Assembly: GCA_963786955.1 (NCBI GenBank)
Contig: CAWBAT010000004.1
Location: 416,001 to 480,000, forward strand
DNA: 64,000 nucleotides
From: an uncultured Acidimicrobiia bacterium
GTDB lineage: Bacteria; Acidobacteriota; Terriglobia; Versatilivoradales; Versatilivoraceae
Direction: 5' to 3'
This document shows, piece by piece, positions 53,507 through 64,000 of this stretch; within the stretch, counting starts at the first letter, position 1, and every line of letters starts with the position of its first letter. A program made the position numbers and the translations under genes. The notes beneath the pieces were generated by a model that was given only the letters and a program-made list of their open reading frames with translations, was not told the DNA's origin and made no database searches.

Positions 53507-53842
53507 ATGGCGGAACCCGTTCCGATTCAGCTTCGAAAGAACGATCAGGTGAAGGTGATCGCGGGGAAGGACGTCAGCAAGGTAGGTCGGGTTCTGCGCG
53601 TCTTGCGCGGCAAGAACCGAGTTGTCGTGGAAGGAGTCAGTTTCCTCAAGCGCCATACCCGCGCCAACCCTTCCAAGAACATCAAGGGCGGAATCGTTGA
53701 GAAAGAGGGCGCTATTCACGTTTCAAACGTCATGATTGTCTGCGGCTCCTGCAATCATCCAACCCGAATCGGGCATAGCATCCTGGCCGATGGGAAAAAA
53801 ATTCGCGTCTGCCGGAAATGCGGCAGCTCATTAGATAAGTAA
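53507..53842 (+). CDS. rplX: 50S ribosomal protein L24
   Basis: VIAGKD and IHVSNV motifs. Confidence 0.96.
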   Translation: MAEPVPIQLRKNDQVKVIAGKDVSKVGRVLRVLRGKNRVVVEGVSFLKRHTRANPSKNIKGGIVEKEGAIHVSNVMIVCGSCNHPTRIGHSILADGKKIRVCRKCGSSLDK

Positions 53843-53882
53843 ATCTGCCGGAGTGCAGCCAGAGTTAAGAGAGGTCGGACCG

Positions 53883-54422
53883 ATGAGTCGTCTTAGGGAA
53901 CGTTATCAAAAAGAGATCGTACCAGCCTTGGCGAAGGAGTATAGCTACAAGAATGTGATGGCTATTCCCAAGCTGGAAAAGATCGTCATCAACATCGGGA
54001 TGGGGGAAGCCATTCAGAATTCGAAGTTACTCGATGCGGCGGTTGATGAACTTAGCCTGATCGCGGGGCAGCGCCCGGTGATTACGCGGGCCAAGAAATC
54101 AATTGCCTCTTTTAAATTGCGGAAAGGGATGGCCATCGGCTGCATGATCACTTTACGCGGCGAACGGATGTATGAATTTTTGGATCGGATGGTCAGTGTT
54201 GCCCTGCCCCGCGTCCGGGACTTTCGGGGTCTCCCCACGAAGTCTTTTGATGGAAGAGGCAATTATACGATTGGCCTTCGTGATCAGCTCATTTTTCCGG
54301 AGATCGATTACGCAAAGGTAAACAAGATTAAGGGGATGAACATCACTTTGGCCACCACGGCCAAAACGGATGATGAGGCAAGGACCCTGTTACGCCTTCT
54401 CGGAATTCCGTTTCGGAACTAA
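53883..54422 (+). CDS. rplE: 50S ribosomal protein L5
   Basis: [18 protein letters not shown] and FPEI motifs. Confidence 0.97.
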   Translation: MSRLRERYQKEIVPALAKEYSYKNVMAIPKLEKIVINIGMGEAIQNSKLLDAAVDELSLIAGQRPVITRAKKSIASFKLRKGMAIGCMITLRGERMYEFLDRMVSVALPRVRDFRGLPTKSFDGRGNYTIGLRDQLIFPEIDYAKVNKIKGMNITLATTAKTDDEARTLLRLLGIPFRN

Positions 54423-54446
54423 TCAGTCACTTTATCTGAGGTTTTT

Positions 54447-54632
54447 ATGGCGAGAACATCGCATATCGCAAAGTCCCGAAAGACACCAAAGTTCAAGGTG
54501 CGTCAACATAATCGCTGCAAACGTTGCGGCCGTCCTCGGGGTTTTCTACGTAAGTTTGAACTTTGCCGGCTCTGTTTCCGCCAGCTCGCCCTCCGAGGGG
54601 AATTGCCTGGAGTCATCAAGTCAAGCTGGTAA
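54447..54632 (+). CDS. rpsN: 30S ribosomal protein S14, zinc-binding type
   Basis: RCKRCGR...LCRLCFR in a 61-aa protein. Confidence 0.96.
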   Translation: MARTSHIAKSRKTPKFKVRQHNRCKRCGRPRGFLRKFELCRLCFRQLALRGELPGVIKSSW

Positions 54633-54680
54633 GGTTATTTCGAGAATCGTACTGGACAGGTTGAAGGAGTAATTGAATAC

Positions 54681-55079
54681 ATGAGTCTGACTGATCCGAT
54701 TGCAAATTATTTGACCCTCATTCGCAACGCCATCCAGGCAAAGCATCAGAAGGTGGATATCCCGTCTTCAAAGCTACTGGTGGAAATCTCTAAGCTGCTC
54801 AAAGAAGAAGGGTACATCACCAACTTCAAAGTAAGCGACGAAGGGAAGAGGTCGGTTCTCCGAATTTACCTGAAGTATGGGAGCAAGGGAGAACGCGTGA
54901 TTTCCGGGCTTCAGCGTATTTCCCGGCCTGGTTGCCGCGTGTATACGCCCAAGAAGACGATTCCAACCGTGCTCGGGGGAATGGGTATGAGCGTTTTGAG
55001 TACGCCGAAGGGAATTCTTTCCGGTGCGCGTGCCCGCAAAGAAGGGCTGGGTGGAGAGGTTCTTTGCCACATCTGGTAG
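54681..55079 (+). CDS. rpsH: 30S ribosomal protein S8
   Basis: DPIA...IRNA, SRPG and STPKG motifs. Confidence 0.97.
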   Translation: MSLTDPIANYLTLIRNAIQAKHQKVDIPSSKLLVEISKLLKEEGYITNFKVSDEGKRSVLRIYLKYGSKGERVISGLQRISRPGCRVYTPKKTIPTVLGGMGMSVLSTPKGILSGARARKEGLGGEVLCHIW

Positions 55080-55178
55080 ATGGATTTAAACACTGGAATA
55101 ATGAACGTTCCCTAGGGTTGACGTGGTCTGCAAACCTTAGAGGACGTCTCAAATCTTAATGACTGTTGGTATCCGGTT

Positions 55179-55718
55179 ATGTCGAGAATAGGAAACAAAA
55201 TTATCCCAATCCCTCAGAATGTGAAGGTTCAGATCTCGGGGAATCAAGTGGATGTCCAGGGCCCCAAGGGTAAGTTATCAAATACTGTCCCGGACGGAAT
55301 CCTTTTTAAGTTGAATGATGGTCAATTGACCGCCATTCGAAGTGCGGAAACGAAACAGCAGAAAGCCCTGCATGGGCTGGCTCGTAGCTTGGTTGCGAAC
55401 GCCGTCAAGGGCGTGACCGATGGATTTCAAAAGGAGTTGGAAATTGTGGGGATTGGCTACCGAGCCGAGGTAAGAGGAAAATCCGTTGTCTTCAGTTTGG
55501 GTTTCTCTCACCCCATTGATTTTCAAATTCCCACAGGAATTAACATTGCGATAGAAAAACAGACGCGTCTGTTCATCTCGGGCATCGACAAGCAGAAAGT
55601 TGGACAGACGGCGGCAACCATCCGGGCCTTGCGAAAACCTGATCCCTACAAAAACAAAGGGATTCGCTACGCTGGAGAGGTTCTCAAGAAGAAGGTCGGA
55701 AAGACCGGAGCCAAATAA
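55179..55718 (+). CDS. rplF: 50S ribosomal protein L6
   Basis: MSRIG and PDPYKNKG motifs. Confidence 0.97.
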   Translation: MSRIGNKIIPIPQNVKVQISGNQVDVQGPKGKLSNTVPDGILFKLNDGQLTAIRSAETKQQKALHGLARSLVANAVKGVTDGFQKELEIVGIGYRAEVRGKSVVFSLGFSHPIDFQIPTGINIAIEKQTRLFISGIDKQKVGQTAATIRALRKPDPYKNKGIRYAGEVLKKKVGKTGAK

Positions 55719-55758
55719 TTCATCATCGCGAGAAGACATTCGGAGGCAATAAGTCAGC

Positions 55759-56127
55759 ATGGCCAAGCATTTTTCAAAAAACATCAAGCGCCAGGCGGTT
55801 CATACCCGAATTCGCAAGCGAATTCATGGAACTGCTGAACGCCCGCGTCTCAATGTTTATCGTTCGCTGACCCACATTTATGTCCAGCTCATTGACGATG
55901 TGAAGGGTGTGACCCTGGCCTCAGCCTCTACCGTGGATAAAACGATCCGTGCCCAAAATAAGTCTGGAGGTAATATTGCCAGCGCCAAGGTTATTGGGAC
56001 AGAGATTGCCAAGCGGGCCAAGAGCCTGGGAATTGAAACCGTGGTTTATGATCGAGGCGGCTATCAGTATCACGGTCGTGTGAAGGCTCTGGCTGAAGCG
56101 GCCCGAGAAGCTGGCCTAAAATTCTAG
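55759..56127 (+). CDS. rplR: 50S ribosomal protein L18
   Basis: RPRLNVYRS and [11 protein letters not shown] motifs. Confidence 0.97.
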   Translation: MAKHFSKNIKRQAVHTRIRKRIHGTAERPRLNVYRSLTHIYVQLIDDVKGVTLASASTVDKTIRAQNKSGGNIASAKVIGTEIAKRAKSLGIETVVYDRGGYQYHGRVKALAEAAREAGLKF

Positions 56128-56144
56128 GTAGAATACTTAAGTCT

Positions 56145-56657
56145 ATGCAAACAAAAATCGACACGAGCACCATTCAGTTGAAAGATCAAGTTGTCTCCAT
56201 TAACCGGGTTACTAAGGTTGTGAAAGGAGGCAAGAACCTCAGCTTTAGCGCCTTAGTTGTCGTCGGTGATGAGAATGGAATCGTCGGCTACGGAAGCGGG
56301 AAGGCAAAGGAAGTCCCTCAAGCGATTCGGAAGGCTCTCGAAGCGGCAAAGAGAAATTTAATCAAGGTTCCCATTTTAGGGACCTCGATTCCTCATCAGG
56401 TTGTCGGGAGGTTCAGTTCTGGGCGCGTGCTATTGAAGCCTGCTCCTGAAGGGACTGGCGTCATCGCGGGCGGTCCTGTTCGGGCGGTGATCCAGGCCGC
56501 GGGGATTCAAAATGTTCTGACCAAATCCTTGGGCAGTCCCAACCCGCATAATGTTGTGAAAGCGACCATTGATGGGCTCCAGCAATTGAGAGATGTCGCT
56601 GACGTGGCCCGTTTACGGGGAAAGACCATTGAAGAGGTTTTGCATAAAACGGTATGA
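56145..56657 (+). CDS. rpsE: 30S ribosomal protein S5
   Basis: RVTKVVKGG and GTGVIAGG motifs. Confidence 0.97.
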   Translation: MQTKIDTSTIQLKDQVVSINRVTKVVKGGKNLSFSALVVVGDENGIVGYGSGKAKEVPQAIRKALEAAKRNLIKVPILGTSIPHQVVGRFSSGRVLLKPAPEGTGVIAGGPVRAVIQAAGIQNVLTKSLGSPNPHNVVKATIDGLQQLRDVADVARLRGKTIEEVLHKTV

Positions 56658-56851
56658 GTCCAAAAGCAGCCAAAACTAAACAATTGAACATCAAGTTAGT
56701 AAAGAGCGGAATTAGCTGCCCTGGGAAACAGCGGGCGGTCATTCGTGGGCTGGGATTCCGACGATTGAACCAGGTCGTTACCCATCCCGACACGCCTGCA
56801 ATACGGGGCATGATCTTTAAGATCCTGCACCTGGTAGAGGTTGTGGAATAG
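56654..56851 (+). CDS. rpmD: 50S ribosomal protein L30
   Basis: GLGFRR...TPAIRGMI; expected position in the operon. Confidence 0.93.
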   Translation: MSPKAAKTKQLNIKLVKSGISCPGKQRAVIRGLGFRRLNQVVTHPDTPAIRGMIFKILHLVEVVE

Positions 56852-56874
56852 TCATTGTACAGGAGTAAGGCTTC

Positions 56875-57321
56875 ATGATCGGACTTAATAACTTGCGGCC
56901 ATCCGCCGGCTCAACCCAGTCGAAAAAAAGGCGTGGGTTGGGAATGGGCTCTGGTCTTGGCAAAACGGCAGGTCGCGGATACAAAGGGCAAAAATCGCGT
57001 TCGGGGGCCCGGTCCAAACGAGGGTTTGAAGGCGGTCAGATGCCATTGCACCGTCGCCTTCCCAAGAGAGGGTTTACCAATATCTTCCGGAAAGAGTATG
57101 CAATTCTCAACCTCGATCGATTGAAGGAGTTTCCTGCTGGCTCCCACATTACGCCGGACCTACTCCTTGAAAAAGGAGTCATTCGAAAGATTCGTGACGG
57201 CGTGAAAATTCTTGGAGGCGGAGAGCTCCTACATCCATTAAACATCACGGCTCACCTGTTCAGTAAGAGCGCACAGGAAAAGATTACCAAGGCAGGCGGG
57301 ACGTTTGAGGTTATCAAGTGA
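56875..57321 (+). CDS. rplO: 50S ribosomal protein L15
   Basis: [16 protein letters not shown] motif. Confidence 0.97.
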   Translation: MIGLNNLRPSAGSTQSKKRRGLGMGSGLGKTAGRGYKGQKSRSGARSKRGFEGGQMPLHRRLPKRGFTNIFRKEYAILNLDRLKEFPAGSHITPDLLLEKGVIRKIRDGVKILGGGELLHPLNITAHLFSKSAQEKITKAGGTFEVIK

Positions 57322-58694
57322 TTGAAAGTCTTCGCAATATTTGGAGCATGCCCGATCTGAGGAAGCGGATCTTTTTTACGCTTGCTCTTCTGGCCGTCTA
57401 CCGCGTGGGAGCCGTAATCCCGACCCCCGGAATTAACACGGAAGTTCTCACTCGTTTTTTCGAGCAAAATCGCGGAACCGTATTTGGTTTCCTGGATTTG
57501 TTCTCAGGCGGGAATCTTCGGCGTTTCACTATTTTCGCTCTTGGGATAACTCCTTACATCACCGCTTCTATCATCCTGCAACTTCTTACGGTGGTTTGGC
57601 CTTACCTGGAAAAACTCTCAAAAGAGGGAGAGCTCGGGCGAAAGAAAATTACCCAGTATACCCGCTATTTGACGGTTGTCTTGAGTCTGGTTCAGTCCAT
57701 TGGAATCGCAGTGACGTTTCAGAACATGCCGGACCGTCTGGTTCTTAACCCTGGGCTTCACTTCGTGATCATGACCGCCTTGACCCTGACGACTGGAACG
57801 GCGTTCATCATGTGGCTAGGAGAACAAATCTCGGACCGCGGCATCGGCAATGGAATGTCCTTAATTATTTTTGCCGGGATCGTCGTGGGACTGCCTCACG
57901 CCACGGCAGAGATTTATTCTAAGCTCGCCACCCAGCAATGGTCCCCTCTTGTTGTTATCTTGATGTTGGCTATGATGGTAGTGGTTGTCGCCTTTATCGT
58001 GATGGTGGAACGCGCACAGCGCAGAATCCCCGTACAATATGCCAAACGTGTCGTGGGACGAAAAGTGATGGGAGGCCAGTCCACCCATCTCCCATTGAAG
58101 GTCAACATTGGTGGAGTGATACCGGTTATTTTTGCTTCTTCTATTCTTGCCTTTCCGCAAACTTTTGGATACCTGTTCCCCGGCAGCCGGTTCTTCCGGA
58201 ATATGTCAGAAGCTCTGCGGATTGGGGAACCGTTGTGGAACTTGCTCTATATCACCGGAATTATCTTCTTTTGTTATTTCTATACCTCGATTGTTTTCAA
58301 CCCCAACGAAGTGGCGGATAACATGAGGAAATACGGTGGCTTTATCCCAGGGATTCGTCCGGGGAAGAAAACGGCCGAGTATATTGAAACAATTCTTAAT
58401 CGGATCACTTTTGCGGGCGCCATTTATCTCGCGATGATTGCCATTATTCCTGAATTCATGATCTCGGGCTTCCACGTTCATCACCTCCCTTTTATAGGGC
58501 GTTATCTGGAGACGCTTCCGAGCTGGATCTTGAACGGGATGGGTGTCCAATTTTACTTTGGAGGGACTTCCCTCCTCATTGTGGTCGGCGTTGCCATGGA
58601 CACAGTCCAACAGGTTGAAGCGCAGCTGGTCATGCGACACTATGATGGGTTCTTGGGACCGCGAGGCCGAAGAGTTAGAGGACGAAAAGCTTAG
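57318..58694 (+). CDS. secY: Preprotein translocase SecY
   Basis: [25 protein letters not shown] and GGTSLLI motifs. Confidence 0.98.
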   Translation: MIESLRNIWSMPDLRKRIFFTLALLAVYRVGAVIPTPGINTEVLTRFFEQNRGTVFGFLDLFSGGNLRRFTIFALGITPYITASIILQLLTVVWPYLEKLSKEGELGRKKITQYTRYLTVVLSLVQSIGIAVTFQNMPDRLVLNPGLHFVIMTALTLTTGTAFIMWLGEQISDRGIGNGMSLIIFAGIVVGLPHATAEIYSKLATQQWSPLVVILMLAMMVVVVAFIVMVERAQRRIPVQYAKRVVGRKVMGGQSTHLPLKVNIGGVIPVIFASSILAFPQTFGYLFPGSRFFRNMSEALRIGEPLWNLLYITGIIFFCYFYTSIVFNPNEVADNMRKYGGFIPGIRPGKKTAEYIETILNRITFAGAIYLAMIAIIPEFMISGFHVHHLPFIGRYLETLPSWILNGMGVQFYFGGTSLLIVVGVAMDTVQQVEAQLVMRHYDGFLGPRGRRVRGRKA

Positions 58695-58811
58695 CTTCGA
58701 CAAACCAGCACCTCTTGTCTGAACGCTATACGCTTGAAGATAAACATGGTTCTAGTCTATACTGTTGTGTTTGACTCCAGTTCAGTGGATGGATACGGGT
58801 AGAGAATTAGA

Positions 58812-59030
58812 ATGTCAAAAGAAGAAGCCATAGAAGTCGTTGCGACTGTTTTGGAGCCGTTGCCAAATGCCATGTTCCGGGTAGAGCTTGATAACAAACA
58901 TGTCGTTCTGGCTCACATTTCCGGGAAAATGAGAAAAAATTTTATTCGAATTCTTCCAGGCGATAAAGTTGCGGTTGAGCTTTCCCCTTACGATTTGACT
59001 CGGGGAAGAATCGTCTACCGCTACAAGTAA
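58812..59030 (+). CDS. infA: Translation initiation factor IF-1
   Basis: LPNAMF, ISGKMR and [10 protein letters not shown] motifs. Confidence 0.98.
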   Translation: MSKEEAIEVVATVLEPLPNAMFRVELDNKHVVLAHISGKMRKNFIRILPGDKVAVELSPYDLTRGRIVYRYK

Positions 59031-59049
59031 ATTTGTTCAGGACTAACCA

Positions 59050-59163
59050 ATGAAAGTCAGGTCTTCCGTAAAAAAGATTTGTGATAAGTGCAAGGTCATC
59101 CATCGTCGTGGAGTGGTCCGGGTGATTTGCACAAATTCTAAACATAAGCAGCGGCAGGGATAG
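59050..59163 (+). CDS. rpmJ: 50S ribosomal protein L36 (missing from the ORF track)
   Basis: Manual translation: [37 protein letters not shown]. Confidence 0.96.
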   Translation: MKVRSSVKKICDKCKVIHRRGVVRVICTNSKHKQRQG

Positions 59164-59214
59164 ATTTTTTCCTGGCCACAGATTGAATGGACAGCGCCGG
59201 AGTTAGGGGGAAAA

Positions 59215-59601
59215 GTGGCACGTATTGTCGGAATTGATTTGCCGAGAGACAAAAGGGTCGAAGTGGGGCTGACGTATATTCATGGGATTGGCAGATCCCG
59301 AGCTTCCCGGATATGCCAGCTTGCCGCCATTAATGTGGATACTAAGGTCAGAGACTTGACTGAAGATGAGGTGACAAAAATTCGCCAGCTCATCGAAGAT
59401 CAAGGAGCCGTCGAAGGAGACCTTCGCAAGGAAGTCTCGATGAATATCAAACGGTTAATGGAAATTGGCTCATACCGCGGGTTGCGCCACCGGAAAGGCT
59501 TGCCGGTTCGTGGTCAGAGAACCCACACCAACGCGAGAACTCGCAAGGGACCGCGAAAGGGAGCCATTGCCGGAAAGAAGAAACCCACTGGAAAGACATA
59601 A
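59215..59601 (+). CDS. rpsM: 30S ribosomal protein S13
   Basis: [17 protein letters not shown] motif. Confidence 0.97.
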   Translation: MARIVGIDLPRDKRVEVGLTYIHGIGRSRASRICQLAAINVDTKVRDLTEDEVTKIRQLIEDQGAVEGDLRKEVSMNIKRLMEIGSYRGLRHRKGLPVRGQRTHTNARTRKGPRKGAIAGKKKPTGKT

Positions 59602-59640
59602 GAGTTTTTGAGGATTCCACGATAGAGGAGTCGGAGGGAA

Positions 59641-60048
59641 ATGGCGAAGGCACCAAGCAAGACCGGCAAGAAGAAGACATTCAAGAAAAAGGAAAAACGG
59701 GTTGTCTTGAACGGGATGGTCTACATTCAAGCAACCTTTAATAATACGGTTGTGAGTATCACGGACACTCAAGGAAACTTGGTCTGCTGGTCCAGCGCCG
59801 GTTCATTGGGATTCAAAGGATCGAGGAAAGGGACCCCATTCGCAGCGCAGCAAGCCTCTCAGTCAGCTGCTTCACGAGCGCGCGAATGCGGCATGAAGAC
59901 AATCGACGTTTTGGTCAAAGGGCCAGGGTCTGGGCGTGAGTCGGCGATCCGTGCGTTACAGAGTGCGGGGTTAGAAGTGAAATCCATCCGGGATGTCACG
60001 CCGATTCCCCATAACGGGTGCCGGCCTCCAAAAAGACGGCGGGTTTAA
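59641..60048 (+). CDS. rpsK: 30S ribosomal protein S11
   Basis: TFNNT and [13 protein letters not shown] motifs. Confidence 0.97.
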   Translation: MAKAPSKTGKKKTFKKKEKRVVLNGMVYIQATFNNTVVSITDTQGNLVCWSSAGSLGFKGSRKGTPFAAQQASQSAASRARECGMKTIDVLVKGPGSGRESAIRALQSAGLEVKSIRDVTPIPHNGCRPPKRRRV

Positions 60049-60153
60049 CGGTGTGGCGCGGTTTCCGATTCCGCGATCTTCATCAGAAAATGCGGTCATT
60101 TACGAAAGATTTTGATATTCAAATCAGAAAGCTAGTCGAACGGGAGGATTAAT

Positions 60154-60783
60154 TTGGCAAGGTATCGAGAATCTGTTTGCCGATTATGCCGCCGAGAAGG
60201 CATGAAGTTATTTCTCAAAGGGGATCGCTGCTTTAAGGACTCTTGCGCCATCGAGAAACGAAATTTCACGCCCGGCCAGCATGGGCAAGCTAGAAAATCC
60301 AAGATCGTTGGTTATGGTCTTCAGCTCCGTGAGAAACAAAAGGTTAAACGAATCTACGGACTTCTGGAAAATCAATTTAGGAATTATTTCGAGAAGGCCT
60401 CTGGACAAAAGGGTGTGACCGGAGAACTGCTTTTGCAAATGCTTGAGCGGCGCCTTGATAACACGGTCTACCGTTTGGGCTTTGCCTCTTCGAGGGCTCA
60501 AGGACGGCAGCTAGTCTGCCACGGCCATGTGCGGGTAAATAACACAAAGGTAGACATTCCGTCTTTCCAGGTCAAGCCGGGCGACATCGTCTCAGTGACA
60601 GAGAAAAGTCAGAAAATACCCACGGTTGTCAACGCGGTGGAGATGATTGGAAGCAGGGGCATCCCAAGTTGGCTGGAACTCGATAGCACCAAATTCTCAG
60701 GAAAAGTTTTGGCCTTACCGAAGCGTGAGGATACCAATCTCCCAGTACAAGAACGATTGATTGTTGAGCTTTATTCCAAGTAA
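60154..60783 (+). CDS. rpsD: 30S ribosomal protein S4
   Basis: [15 protein letters not shown] and IVELYSK motifs. Confidence 0.97.
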   Translation: MARYRESVCRLCRREGMKLFLKGDRCFKDSCAIEKRNFTPGQHGQARKSKIVGYGLQLREKQKVKRIYGLLENQFRNYFEKASGQKGVTGELLLQMLERRLDNTVYRLGFASSRAQGRQLVCHGHVRVNNTKVDIPSFQVKPGDIVSVTEKSQKIPTVVNAVEMIGSRGIPSWLELDSTKFSGKVLALPKREDTNLPVQERLIVELYSK

Positions 60784-60878
60784 TGGATTCACATTTTAGG
60801 ATTTTCGGAACAATGGGATTTTAATTTACCACATTGAATCTTGTCATTAACGGCAAGATCTTGGAGGCCGCTTTGTTT

Positions 60879-61874
60879 ATGTTATGGAAAGGTTTTCAGA
60901 AACCCAAAAGACTCTCCATTGTTTCTGATGAGAACAACCGAAATTATGGTCAGTTTTCCGCCCAACCATTTGAACGTGGGTTTGGAACAACGATCGGTAA
61001 TGCCTTACGTAGGGTTTTGTTGTCATCGATTGAAGGGGCAGCTGTCACCGCCCTCAAAGTTGAGGGCATATTGCACGAGTTTTCTCCGATTCCGGGAGTC
61101 GTCGAAGACGCCACGGATATCATTCTCAATTTAAAGCAAGTGCCCTTCCGCTTAAATTCTGAAGGCTTTAAGACAATTTATCTGGAATCAGACGGACCAG
61201 GAGTTCTGACGTCAGGCCAAATAAAGTCCGATGCCGATGTTGAGATTCTTGATAAAAGCGTTTATTTGGCAACCGTCAGCGAAGGGGGAAAGCTGTCCAT
61301 TGAAATGCGACTGAAAAACGGGCGTGGTTACGTCTCTGCCGATAAGAACTTTGACGAAGATTTGTCCATTGGCTACATTCCGGTGGACTCGGTTCACTCC
61401 CCCGTTAAGAAAGTCAATTACATCATCGAACCGGCCCGTCTCGGGCAGACTACGGATTACGAAAAGTTAACACTGGATGTCTGGACCAATGGTTGCGTCA
61501 CACCGCAGGACTCGATTGGTTTTGCCGCCAAGCTTCTCAAAGACCATATGTCCATCTTCATTAATTTTGAGGAGCAGCCGGAAACCCGCGAAGAAAAGCC
61601 CGAAAAACCTGCAGAATTAATTAACGAGAACCTTTCGAAATCAGTTGAGGAACTGGAACTCTCCGTTCGTTCTTACAACTGCCTGAAAAATGCCAATATC
61701 AAGACGATTGGGGAATTGGTCCAGAAATCAGAATCAGAAATGCTGAAGACTAAGAATTTTGGCCGTAAATCGCTGAATGAGATCAAAGAGATTCTCGCGA
61801 GTATGGGTTTAAGCTTGGGAATGACTTTGGACGAGCGGGGCCAGCCCGTTGCGGCTTCAGTAAAGAGTGAATAA
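60879..61874 (+). CDS. rpoA: RNA polymerase alpha subunit
   Basis: [32 protein letters not shown] and NFGRKS motifs. Confidence 0.98.
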   Translation: MLWKGFQKPKRLSIVSDENNRNYGQFSAQPFERGFGTTIGNALRRVLLSSIEGAAVTALKVEGILHEFSPIPGVVEDATDIILNLKQVPFRLNSEGFKTIYLESDGPGVLTSGQIKSDADVEILDKSVYLATVSEGGKLSIEMRLKNGRGYVSADKNFDEDLSIGYIPVDSVHSPVKKVNYIIEPARLGQTTDYEKLTLDVWTNGCVTPQDSIGFAAKLLKDHMSIFINFEEQPETREEKPEKPAELINENLSKSVEELELSVRSYNCLKNANIKTIGELVQKSESEMLKTKNFGRKSLNEIKEILASMGLSLGMTLDERGQPVAASVKSE

Positions 61875-61983
61875 AGCCACCGTTTCTTCTTTCCGTGCCT
61901 CAGTCAAGTCGTCCAGAAAAAGCCAAGGATGCGGAGGGAAGCCGGCAGTTGAACTGTTTTGATTTTGTAAGGAGATATTGCCA

Positions 61984-62445
61984 ATGCGACATCGGGTCCA
62001 CGGTCGAAAGTTGGGACGGCCGACTCCTCATCGCCGTGCATTGTTAAGAAATCTATGCACTTCTCTCTTCGAGCATGAACGAATTACCACGACCGTTGAG
62101 AAAGCAAAAGAACTGCGTCCAGTGGCTGAAAAGCTCATTACCCTGGGTAAAGACGGAGGGCTGCACGCGCGCCGACAGGCTGCGACGCAGCTCCTGAACG
62201 CAGCTGTCGTCAAGAAGCTCTTTGACGTTATTGCTAACCGGTTTGCAGATCGTCACGGAGGCTATACCCGGATTGTCAAATTAGATTATCGCAAAGGCGA
62301 CGGAGCGGATAGGGCAGTCATCGAACTGCTGGGGAGTGAGCTCAGTGTTAAGAAGGCAGAGCGCACTGCCGCCGCTAAAACAGCTGGCGGGAAGTCGAAA
62401 ACAGAAAAATCCAAGGCCAAACAGGAAGACGAAAAAGAGAAATAG
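61984..62445 (+). CDS. rplQ: 50S ribosomal protein L17
   Basis: MRHR...LGR, ITTT..KAKE and GGYTRI motifs. Confidence 0.97.
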   Translation: MRHRVHGRKLGRPTPHRRALLRNLCTSLFEHERITTTVEKAKELRPVAEKLITLGKDGGLHARRQAATQLLNAAVVKKLFDVIANRFADRHGGYTRIVKLDYRKGDGADRAVIELLGSELSVKKAERTAAAKTAGGKSKTEKSKAKQEDEKEK

Positions 62446-62450
62446 GGCTC

Positions 62451-62478
62451 GAGCACTCTGCGTGAGTAGAGTGTTTTT
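62451..62478 (+). terminator. Rho-independent terminator after rplQ
   Basis: AGCACTCTGC-GTGA-GTAGAGTGTT hairpin followed by a T tract. Confidence 0.75.
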
Positions 62479-62637
62479 CGTTTCAGGGTTTCCGCTCACT
62501 GGAGCATGCTGAATCCCCTTAAAATCAGTCGTCGCTAGAATCCTCAGTTTCCACTGGGGATTTTTTTTCCCCCTTCCCCCTCTTAGATTTTGTCTTTGGC
62601 GTGAGATGCTGGGTGGAACCAGAAGGCAGGTCTTATT

Positions 62638-63180
62638 TTGATAATCCCGCACTCTCTAAGAAAACGTCAAGAAATCTACAAAGGACGCATTGTCAATCTG
62701 ATCGTTGATGAGATTACAACGACAAATGGGATTGAGACAATCCGCGAAGTATTCCATCACCCCGGGGGGGCTGCGATAGTACCTGTTCTCCCCAACGGGA
62801 AAATCCTCCTGGTAAAACAGTTCCGCTATCCCATGCAGGAAATTCTCCTCGAATTGCCCGCAGGAAAGATCGACCCCGGGGAAGCACCCGAAGTTACTGC
62901 TGCTCGGGAGCTTGAGGAAGAGGTAGGTTACACGGCCGGCAGTTTAAAGAAGATGGCTGAATTTTACAGCACCCCTGGATTCTGTGACGAAAAAATTCAC
63001 CTTTACCTGGGCGAAAACCTCCGACCGTGCCAGGCCGGTGGAGACCATGACGAAGAACTCGAGGTTCTCTCTTTTACACTTCCAGAGCTATTGGAACTGA
63101 TTCACAGCGCAAAAATTAACGACGCCAAAACGATCATTGGCATTCAATTTTTGGCTCTCCAACTGACGGGGCCAAGTTGA
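62638..63180 (+). CDS. NUDIX hydrolase (ADP-ribose pyrophosphatase-like)
   Basis: QFRYP, ELPAGKID...AARELEEEVG and DAKT motifs. Confidence 0.9.
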   Translation: MIIPHSLRKRQEIYKGRIVNLIVDEITTTNGIETIREVFHHPGGAAIVPVLPNGKILLVKQFRYPMQEILLELPAGKIDPGEAPEVTAARELEEEVGYTAGSLKKMAEFYSTPGFCDEKIHLYLGENLRPCQAGGDHDEELEVLSFTLPELLELIHSAKINDAKTIIGIQFLALQLTGPS

Positions 63181-63236
63181 TAGAAATGGATTTTCAGTGG
63201 GCACAAAGGTTTCTTTCTTGAAAGGAGAGATTTGCC

Positions 63237-63749
63237 ATGGCTGACCGTGGTGACGGGATCTATTCGGAACTCTCAGATTTTCTTAATCTGGTGGATTGTC
63301 CGGGATGCGGCAAGCTTCTAAATGCCGCTCCTATCTGGGAATACGTCCTTCGCAGCGGCTACTCGTCCTGCGGCCAATGCTGGATGGTCTTTGCCTTAAA
63401 GCAAGGTGCTCAATTAGATGGCTTCAAACTGCGTGCAGAAGATCTAGACAGAGTGGTGGATGACATCGAAACGGCGAATGCAAGCAATTACTTGTGGGAT
63501 TCTGATCGACTGGAACAAAGTCGTGGAGTCGCTGTGGATTTTTTTGTCAGCGTTGGGCTGACGGCCTTTTTTGACGGCCTGGAACGCAGCTATCCAGTTC
63601 TAAATAAACAAGACTATGAATTAGCCTGGCGGTATCTTTCGCAAGCCGGAGCACTCGCTGTCGACAATCTAGACACCCGCTTGATCGCCGATGCTTTTGA
63701 GAAAGTGGAGAAGTATAAGCCCTACGACTTGGATCGACCATCTGCATGA
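63237..63749 (+). CDS. Hypothetical protein with a CxxC...CxxC motif
   Basis: Strong AAGGAG RBS; CPGC and CGQC motifs. No family recognised. Confidence 0.6.
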   Translation: MADRGDGIYSELSDFLNLVDCPGCGKLLNAAPIWEYVLRSGYSSCGQCWMVFALKQGAQLDGFKLRAEDLDRVVDDIETANASNYLWDSDRLEQSRGVAVDFFVSVGLTAFFDGLERSYPVLNKQDYELAWRYLSQAGALAVDNLDTRLIADAFEKVEKYKPYDLDRPSA

Positions 63750-63893
63750 CGAGGTTGGCCCTTACTGTATCCGAAAGGGAAATAATCCCGAATTCCGAAT
63801 TTGCGTGAGCGTCACTAGGTGGAGCGGGCGCTCCCACGCGCGCGTTCTATGAATCCCCAAGCCGCAGGTGTGACTTCTTCTAGCAAGCAGGCT

Positions 63894-64000
63894 CTAGTTT
63901 CTCTTCCGCTCTACTTGTTGGATTGGCCCGGTCAAGATCATCTTCCCCCAGGTAGAATCATCGTCCCCTTTGCCGTAAATGAGCAAATGTCCGCCATAGT
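63894..64000 (-). CDS. C-terminal end of an unidentified gene (runs off window end)
   Basis: Open frame YGGHLLIYGKGDDDSTWGKMILTGPIQQVERKRN*. Confidence 0.35.
   Translation of the reverse strand, partial: YGGHLLIYGKGDDDSTWGKMILTGPIQQVERKRN

Noticed and set aside
63819-63849. GTGG-led GC-rich palindrome resembling a REP
   Set aside because: Single imperfect copy in this window. It may simply be a terminator between convergent genes.

Overview
Bacterial chromosomal window, probably Acidobacteriota (inferred from the EF-Tu segment [21 protein letters not shown] and the RpoA N-terminus [12 protein letters not shown]). In order, it holds: a truncated pilB/gspE, pilC and lolA; a 16-kb cell-surface polysaccharide synthesis and modification cluster (2802-19056) that includes a deacetylase-methyltransferase-transglutaminase fusion; an HU/IHF gene, an M50 protease and priA; a REP-rich accessory patch (23178-27347); udg-coaBC-rpoZ-gmk-yicC-msbA; several metabolic genes including a frameshifted ppk1; and a 23-kb ribosomal block (rplM-rpsI-rpsB-tsf-pyrH-frr, then str, S10, spc and alpha). 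The most notable feature is a complete IS110-family (IS1111-type) element at 23621-25294, inserted at a CA core inside a REP palindrome. Its 565-nt 3' non-coding end contains a readable bridge/seek RNA. One loop matches the reconstructed target, one matches the circle-junction donor, and at least one extra loop uses the same scaffold with different guides. All assignments come from reading the sequence by eye; no database search or folding program was run.
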